IMG/VR virus record: IMGVR_UViG_2873412701_000001
Reading direction: 5' to 3' (one strand)
Length of the DNA stretch: 64,000 nt
DNA from: an uncultured virus (IMG/VR IMGVR_UViG_2873412701_000001)
Taxonomy: Duplodnaviria; Heunggongvirae; Uroviricota; Caudoviricetes
A model generated the notes under the pieces. The model was not told where the DNA came from and ran no database searches. It saw only the letters and a program-made list of their open reading frames with translations. The position numbers and the translations under genes are program-made. Within the stretch, counting starts at the first letter, position 1. The number at the start of each line of letters is the position of its first letter. Of the stretch, positions 57,986 through 64,000 are shown piece after piece.

Positions 57986-59193
57986 TGGCCCTCTACAACT
58001 GGGGCGACGTCCAACTCGGCCGCATCCCCCTCCGTGAGACGTTCACCGTCACCGAGTCGGGCGGCGAGTCCCGCAGCCTCGACCTCGAAGGACAGGAGTC
58101 CTACCCGCCGCTCACCCGCGCGCAGGTCATCGCCCGGCACGACGGCATCAACGCGCTCCAGATCGGTCAGTGCGTGCCGGTGACGTTCACCGACAAGCCA
58201 GAGCGGTCCGGCTACTACACGATCAAGAGCGCGGGGGCGACGTACAGCGAGCATCTCAACGAGCGCGTCACTACTGACTGGAAGGTCAGCTTGGAGCGGG
58301 TCGGCTCCGACTCGGAGACCGACCTCCAGAGCCGCCTTACCGGGGCCGTGCGCGTCAACGACTTCTCGCTGACCGGGGAGCGCTGGCATGCGCCGCCGAT
58401 CGGGCACTACGGCTACTACACCGGCTCCACCAACGCGACGACGATGACCCGCACCGGCGCGGACGGGGCGATGACCGTCTACCGCAGCGTGCCCGCGAAC
58501 GTGTCCCCACGCTGGGGCTGCGCGCCGACGTCGTACCTGACCGGCCGGGTCAAGGTCACCACCACCGGGGCGCAGGAGGTGTACGGCGTCGACGTGCCGC
58601 TCGCCGCCACCGGGTGGGCGCTGTCGAATGGCCTCGTCAACGTCGCCCCCGGCGCGTCCGCGACGCTGGACGTGCAGGCGTACACCGGCAGTGCCTACCA
58701 CTCCAAGCTCTGGAACGTCAGCGCCGCCGGGTCCGCCTCCTCGATCACGACGTGGGACGGAGCCACCCTCCTCCGCAACGACCCCGAGATGTGCATCGTG
58801 CGGCTGATCAAGGGCCTGGCGCCGGGCCGCGCGACCCTCGACCTCACCCTCCGCCGCGGCTCCCGCTTCGTCGAGGGCTACCTCCAGACCGGCACCTCTG
58901 CCACGCTCGCCGCCTACCGCAGCAGCCTGGAGACCAACACCAGCTTCGCCGCGTCCGGGTACGTCGTCGCCACGTCGGACGATGCCGACGGCAACAAATT
59001 CGCGGCAGGCTCCGCGAGATCGTTCACCGCCCACACCAACGGAGGCGTCATCAAGAGCAGCGCCACCAGCATCGACTTCTGGATCGGCGTAGCGGCCGGC
59101 GGGAGCAGCGCTATATCCGGGGACGCCGCGACCGACCTGCGGAACCAGTACGTCGCCTGCATGCCGGAAGCCGTCTACGGAGTCCGGAGGTAG
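57985..59193 (+). CDS. Minor tail protein
   Basis: TGATG coupling after the TMP gene; beta-rich. Confidence 0.75.
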   Translation: MALYNWGDVQLGRIPLRETFTVTESGGESRSLDLEGQESYPPLTRAQVIARHDGINALQIGQCVPVTFTDKPERSGYYTIKSAGATYSEHLNERVTTDWKVSLERVGSDSETDLQSRLTGAVRVNDFSLTGERWHAPPIGHYGYYTGSTNATTMTRTGADGAMTVYRSVPANVSPRWGCAPTSYLTGRVKVTTTGAQEVYGVDVPLAATGWALSNGLVNVAPGASATLDVQAYTGSAYHSKLWNVSAAGSASSITTWDGATLLRNDPEMCIVRLIKGLAPGRATLDLTLRRGSRFVEGYLQTGTSATLAAYRSSLETNTSFAASGYVVATSDDADGNKFAAGSARSFTAHTNGGVIKSSATSIDFWIGVAAGGSSAISGDAATDLRNQYVACMPEAVYGVRR

Positions 59194-59198
59194 CGCGG

Positions 59199-62069
59199 GT
59201 GGCCGTCAACGAGGTACTGAAGGCTCTGGGTTCGTGGGAGATCGGTCTGCTCCCGTCGATCCCCCGCGACGCCCTGGACGCGATCCAGTACTTCGGGCAC
59301 GTCGCGATCGTCCCCGGCCGGCTCGACCCCGCCCAGTACGGCGACAACCTCCTCGACGTGGCCCGCTACGTCGGCGTCGTCCGCACGCGCACGACCGGCG
59401 ACGACGGTCGCACCAACGCCCCCGGCGACAACCTCAGCGTCGGCGGCGTCGGGATGGCGTTCTGGCTCGGCGACGAGGACAGCAAGGGCGACGTCTTCGA
59501 GAACGCCGTGGAACCCGCGAGCGCCAGCTTCGCCACGGCCATCAACATGCTGCTCCCCGCGTCCGGCGCGGTCACCGCCGGCACCATCCACTCCGTGTCC
59601 GGCACGTACACCGGCCGACACCAGTACGAGACGCCCCGCACCGCGATCGGCTACGTCTGCGACACCATGTCGTCCGAGAGCGTCCCCGTCTCCTGGCGCG
59701 TCAACGGCGACGGCACCCTCGACGCCGGGCCGGACTCCGATCTGTTCGTGACCAACCCGACGTGCGTCATCGTCACCCGCGGCGCCGGCGAGGACATGGC
59801 GCTACGGGCCCTGCCGGGCAGCATGGACGTCACCCGGGATATGGAGGACTACTCCACCCGCGTCGTCCTGCTGGCCGAGGGTGAGGGGGCGAGTATCGCC
59901 ACGGGGGCGGCGGACATCTCTCCGGCGACCGGGTTCAAGGACATCCACGGCAACCCGCTGAAGCTGACCCGCCTCGTGTCCGAGTCGGATACGACGTCGA
60001 CGAACGCGGAGACCCGGGCTGCGTTGCAGCTGTCGCGGTTCACGTCGGCACGGAACGCCCTCACGCTGTCGACTGCGGACTACGACGTCCACGGGTCGTT
60101 CGTGGTCGGGGACCGGGTGTGGGTGTACGACCCGGACTCTGGTCTTGTCGACACATCGACAGAGATCACGTTCCGGGGCCTGCGGCTGAACCCGCTCAAG
60201 CTCCAGGTGACGGAGACCTCATGGTCCATCACCGAGGGATACACGGTCGCCTACCGGGCAGCCGACGGCACCTGGACCGACCTCACGCAGTACATCGACT
60301 TCGAAACCGACGGCACGTCCACCGTCACCGTCGGGGACTTCTCCCGGCAACTCACCAACTCCTCGACCGAGCCGATCGGGTCACGACCCAACGCCGACAC
60401 CTCGGTACCCAGCCAGCCGGTGTTCGTAGAACCGTTCACCGGCCTCGCCTACCTCGACAACCGCGGCTTCACCCGCGCCCGCGTCATCCTCACCTGGAAC
60501 GCCCCCAACAACGTCGACGGATCCACGGTCCTGGACGGGGATCACTACGAGATCCGCTACGCCGTCGACACCGACATGCTGTACCCAGCCACCTGGACGC
60601 AGGTCTCCCAGGTCCGCTGGCAAGACCTCCAGACCTGGAGCCAGCCGTTCGCCGCGCCCGATGACGACTGGCAGGTCATGTTCGTGGCCTGGGGCGAGAC
60701 AACCGCCCAACTCCAAGACCTCTCGCCCGGGGTCGGCTACGACGTGCAGATCCGGGCGGTCGACAGGACCGGCAACACCGGCGCCTGGTCGCCGGTGACG
60801 ACGTTCGTAGCCTCGTCCGACAACCTGCCGCCCTCCACTCCCGCCGCCCCGTCGGTGGCCGGGTCGCGGATTGCAGTGCAGATCACGCACGAGTTGGGCA
60901 AGGCCAGCGGCGGCACGTTCAACCTAGAGTCGGATCTCGACCACCTTGAGATCCACGCCGACTACGAGCCCGGGTTCACACCGACCACGACCACCCTCAA
61001 GGGCAAAGCAGTCGCCAACGCGGGCATGATCCAAGCCGAGATCCCCGTCGTGTTCACCGCCCAGGTGGAAGAGACGTCCGCCCGGTACGTGCGGGTCGTC
61101 GCGGTCGACAAGACCGGCAACAAGAGCGGGCCCAGCGACGCGGCGTCGGCGACCGCACTCCTCATCGACGACGCCCACATCAGCGACCTCACCGTCTCCA
61201 AAGTCACCGCCGGTGAGATCACGGCGTCGTGGGTCATGGCCGGGGAGATCAAAACCGCCGACACCGGCGCCCGCGCCCGGATGTCCGCCGACGGCTACGA
61301 GCTGTACAACACCGCCGGCAGCCGCACCTTCTTCGCCGACGCCTCCACCGGCGACGTGTCGATCATCGGCCAGCTCCTTTCCGGTACAACCGGAAAGCGA
61401 CTGGAGATCAACCCCACCGGAACCTTCCTGCCCGAAATCCGCTTCTACCCCAACTCCGGTAGCGACTTCGGCTTCATCAACGGAGTCTCCGCAGGCACCG
61501 ACGTCAGCCTCGGCATGAACTCCAGTCCGTTCGACGACGGCGGCGTCACCTGCACATCCCGCGCCTACCTCACGCCCACAGCCGCCCGCCTCGAAGTCAT
61601 CCGATCCGACACCGCGGAACGCCGCGGCGGCTACGTCATCGCCCAGCCCGGCGCCTTCTCCGCCGGCTACCAGCGCGGCGGCGTGGACGGCGGCAAGTTC
61701 TACGGCGACGAGGTGCAGGCCATCGTCGGATGGGACAACGGCACCGACGCCACCGCCAACTACTGGCTGCACTTCGCCAACCGGACCGTACACATCGGCA
61801 GGTGGGCCGACTTCGCAGCCCCGGGCAGCATCGACGGCATCTTCACCGGCACCGTCGCCGGGACCGCGAGTGCCTCCAGCCTGTCCCTGGGGTTCGGTAT
61901 CACCATGGACACCCAGCTCGTACCGATCGTGTCCGTCCGCGACGCCCCTGCCGTCGCCAACACGCGCGGGTTCTGCATCAGCGCCTCCGACACGACCGGC
62001 TTCACCACCCAACTCTCCGGCGCCGCCGACGGCGGCTGGTCCGTTTATTTCTGGTGCTACAGGATCTGA
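59199..62069 (+). CDS. Large minor tail / baseplate protein with Fn3-like domains
   Basis: L.PG..Y.VQIRAVD.TGN...WS; GGAGG RBS. Confidence 0.8.
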   Translation: MAVNEVLKALGSWEIGLLPSIPRDALDAIQYFGHVAIVPGRLDPAQYGDNLLDVARYVGVVRTRTTGDDGRTNAPGDNLSVGGVGMAFWLGDEDSKGDVFENAVEPASASFATAINMLLPASGAVTAGTIHSVSGTYTGRHQYETPRTAIGYVCDTMSSESVPVSWRVNGDGTLDAGPDSDLFVTNPTCVIVTRGAGEDMALRALPGSMDVTRDMEDYSTRVVLLAEGEGASIATGAADISPATGFKDIHGNPLKLTRLVSESDTTSTNAETRAALQLSRFTSARNALTLSTADYDVHGSFVVGDRVWVYDPDSGLVDTSTEITFRGLRLNPLKLQVTETSWSITEGYTVAYRAADGTWTDLTQYIDFETDGTSTVTVGDFSRQLTNSSTEPIGSRPNADTSVPSQPVFVEPFTGLAYLDNRGFTRARVILTWNAPNNVDGSTVLDGDHYEIRYAVDTDMLYPATWTQVSQVRWQDLQTWSQPFAAPDDDWQVMFVAWGETTAQLQDLSPGVGYDVQIRAVDRTGNTGAWSPVTTFVASSDNLPPSTPAAPSVAGSRIAVQITHELGKASGGTFNLESDLDHLEIHADYEPGFTPTTTTLKGKAVANAGMIQAEIPVVFTAQVEETSARYVRVVAVDKTGNKSGPSDAASATALLIDDAHISDLTVSKVTAGEITASWVMAGEIKTADTGARARMSADGYELYNTAGSRTFFADASTGDVSIIGQLLSGTTGKRLEINPTGTFLPEIRFYPNSGSDFGFINGVSAGTDVSLGMNSSPFDDGGVTCTSRAYLTPTAARLEVIRSDTAERRGGYVIAQPGAFSAGYQRGGVDGGKFYGDEVQAIVGWDNGTDATANYWLHFANRTVHIGRWADFAAPGSIDGIFTGTVAGTASASSLSLGFGITMDTQLVPIVSVRDAPAVANTRGFCISASDTTGFTTQLSGAADGGWSVYFWCYRI

Positions 62070-62070
62070 C

Positions 62071-62661
62071 ATGCCACCACGCGAATACATCGTCCAGACG
62101 GTCGGCGAGTACTGGCCCAACCCCGACAACCCGTGCTGGTACGTCGACATGCTCAAACCGGACGGCACCCTGCACCGGCACGTCTTCCCCAAGATGACCT
62201 TGGAGAATTTGGCCGCCGAATACGGCATCGACCCGACAGCGGTGGACGACCTCCTCGACATCGCCATGCACCAGCCGTTCGCACCCAACCCCGAGGACCC
62301 GGACGGCGAGGACCCGGCCGGCGCGGCGGGCATGCTGTCGCCCGCGCTCGTCTCGCGCGGCACGACCCGCAAGGGCGACCCTGTACCGACGACCCTGTAC
62401 ACGGCTGCCGACACCGCCGCGGCGCGTGAGGCGCACCGGATACGGATCGAGCACACCAAAGCCCACCGGGTGCGGGTCGTCCCGCCGAAGGCCGGCCGGG
62501 ACCCGCTCAACACGATCCGGCAGGCGCACGGCATCGACCCGGCCCGCGTCGCCGTGAAAGCCCGCATGGTCGAGGAGCGGCGGCTGGTCGCTCAGGGCCG
62601 TGCCCCGCAGCGCCCTACCACCCGTAACCCCGACTTCCTGAAGGGCGGCCCCCGTGCCTGA
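62071..62661 (+). CDS. Hypothetical tail-region protein
   Basis: Operon position. Confidence 0.65.
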   Translation: MPPREYIVQTVGEYWPNPDNPCWYVDMLKPDGTLHRHVFPKMTLENLAAEYGIDPTAVDDLLDIAMHQPFAPNPEDPDGEDPAGAAGMLSPALVSRGTTRKGDPVPTTLYTAADTAAAREAHRIRIEHTKAHRVRVVPPKAGRDPLNTIRQAHGIDPARVAVKARMVEERRLVAQGRAPQRPTTRNPDFLKGGPRA

Positions 62662-63640
62662 CGCTCCCACCACCAGGCTCGGCCTGTACAAATCCCTGTC
62701 GGACGGCTCTGAACTGGTCGACTACTCGCAAGATATCGGCCAGAACTGGGACAAGGTCGACGCCGCCGCAGGCTTCCAAGTCGTCACCTCGGGGACCCGG
62801 CCCTCCAGCCCGTACAGCGGCAAGGGCATCGCCGAGTCCAACACCAGCTACCGGACGTACTTCTCCAACGGCACCGCGCCCGCCTCCGCGTCGTGGGTGC
62901 AGATCCCCAACAGCAGCAGCACGTACGACGCGGACCTCGACCTCACCAGCGGCAAACAGGTCAACATCGGCACCAGCAGCAGCACCGCCAGCATCGCCGT
63001 CGTCAACGCCGCCACCACCACCGACGCCATCAGTCTCCGCGTCACCGGAGACACCCAGTCCCGGTTCCTCGTCGACACCGACGGCTCCATCAACTGGGGT
63101 GCGGGCGCCTCAGCCGCAACCGACGTCACCCTCTACCGGTCAGCCGCCAACATCCTCCGCACCGGCGACAGCCTCACCGTCGACATCGACCTCACCGTCA
63201 CCGGCAACATCAACTCCGCCGCAAACCTCAACACCGGCGCCTGGACCACCTACACGCCCACCTGGACGAGCAGCGGAACCCAGCCCGCCCTCGGCAACGG
63301 CACCCTCGTGGGACGGTACGCCCGCATCGGTCGCACCATCGTCTGCCAGATCAACTTGATCCCTGGCTCCACCACGACATTCGGTACGGGCACCTACTCG
63401 TGGGCGCTACCGGCTACGAGCGCGAACGCGGGCGCCACCTACATCGGTCAGGCTCACCTTCTCGGCACTGCCCGGTGGGCAGGCCAGTTCGTGATCAGCC
63501 CCAACCAGTCGGCGTCCAACCCCTTTTTCTCCACCGCGTCCGGCGACTCACGGCTCGCCGGCATGACACCGACCGTGCCGGAGACGTTCGCGAACGGGTC
63601 CCAGCTCCGCATCACCGTCACGTACGAGGCGGCCGCCTAG
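62654..63640 (+). CDS. Tail fibre / receptor-binding protein
   Basis: T.RLGL.K...N.DK.D; W..YTP.W....LGNG.L.GRY..IG. Confidence 0.75.
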   Translation: MPDAPTTRLGLYKSLSDGSELVDYSQDIGQNWDKVDAAAGFQVVTSGTRPSSPYSGKGIAESNTSYRTYFSNGTAPASASWVQIPNSSSTYDADLDLTSGKQVNIGTSSSTASIAVVNAATTTDAISLRVTGDTQSRFLVDTDGSINWGAGASAATDVTLYRSAANILRTGDSLTVDIDLTVTGNINSAANLNTGAWTTYTPTWTSSGTQPALGNGTLVGRYARIGRTIVCQINLIPGSTTTFGTGTYSWALPATSANAGATYIGQAHLLGTARWAGQFVISPNQSASNPFFSTASGDSRLAGMTPTVPETFANGSQLRITVTYEAAA

Positions 63641-63876
63641 CCGTGGTCGTCGGCCGGGTACGCCGGCTGCGCGGCCAGGTCCGGGCCGAACGTCGATGGG
63701 TCGGGCTTGGCCTGCTGGAGCCGCTGGTTCTCCTCCTGCGCGGCGGCAAGCTGGCGTTCCAGCCCGGCGACCTTCGCGCGCAGGAGGAGGGTTTCGTCGA
63801 AGAGTTCACCGCACCGCTGCCGGAATACGGGGAGCGCGTCGTCGACGCTGATCTGCTGACCCTGGGGCTGGTTCAT
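63637..63876 (-). CDS. Small coiled-coil protein
   Basis: ATGA coupling to the upstream minus-strand gene. Confidence 0.6.
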   Translation of the reverse strand: MNQPQGQQISVDDALPVFRQRCGELFDETLLLRAKVAGLERQLAAAQEENQRLQQAKPDPSTFGPDLAAQPAYPADDHG

Positions 63877-64000
63877 GCGGTGACCGCCTTGTCTGCGAGG
63901 TCCCGGTACCGGTCCAGGAGGTCGGTGTCGTTGAGGAACGCGTGCTGGGTGAAGAACGACCAGTGCGACACGATCGCGTCGCCGCGGAGGATGTTCGGGG
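63873..64000 (-). CDS. C-terminus of a gene entering from the right, possibly glycosyltransferase-like
   Basis: PNILRGDAIVSHWSFFTQHAFLNDTDLLDRYRDLA...; only about 41 codons visible. Confidence 0.4.
   Translation of the reverse strand, partial: PNILRGDAIVSHWSFFTQHAFLNDTDLLDRYRDLADKAVTA

Larger units (their letters stand above)
6719..64000. mobile_element. Temperate siphovirus-like prophage (continues beyond the window)
   Basis: Integrase, repressor switch, recombination, replication, packaging, head and tail modules in canonical order. Confidence 0.95.

Noticed and set aside
5111..63876. Many long Arg/Pro/Gly-rich or antisense ORFs in the track (e.g. 5111-6994, 13487-15262, 20787-22739, 30563-32185, 35310-36932)
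   Set aside because: Shadow frames of real genes in high-GC DNA; no RBS, motifs or operon logic
1..64000. CRISPR array, tRNA/rRNA, reverse transcriptase/DGR, IS transposase
   Set aside because: No regularly spaced repeat-spacer array, cloverleaf, RT motif in a plausible ORF, or transposase seen by eye

Overview
High-GC actinobacterial DNA, most likely Streptomyces. The only host gene is an internal fragment of comEC (about 5230-6718, minus strand), and it is cut at both ends. On the right it stops at the conserved H-x-x-A-V-S-G channel motif. From there a temperate siphovirus-type prophage runs from about 6719 past the window end. The prophage carries a large serine integrase, a cI/cro switch, YqaJ/RecT, DnaQ-like, RusA-like, WhiB and replication genes, and an apparently intact terminase-portal-capsid-tail region. 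On the left comEC stops inside the C-terminal DNPYGHP motif, where a second, satellite-like element begins (HNH nuclease, cos-like site, DUF2637/Spd-like gene, XRE regulator). The most unusual content lies inside the prophage: (i) a Streptomyces plasmid/AICE-type transfer module (regulator, microproteins, Spd-like proteins, TraB/FtsK ATPase) whose coding DNA is loaded with a GGWCC/GGTYC motif in several frames and both orientations; (ii) a YhhQ/VUT transporter plus TGT/DpdA-like pair, suggesting 7-deazaguanine DNA modification by salvage; (iii) a roughly 350-nt highly structured non-coding region; (iv) several divergent-HTH cassettes, each with its own phased operator repeats. All family assignments come from motif recognition by eye, not from database searches, and counts are manual.
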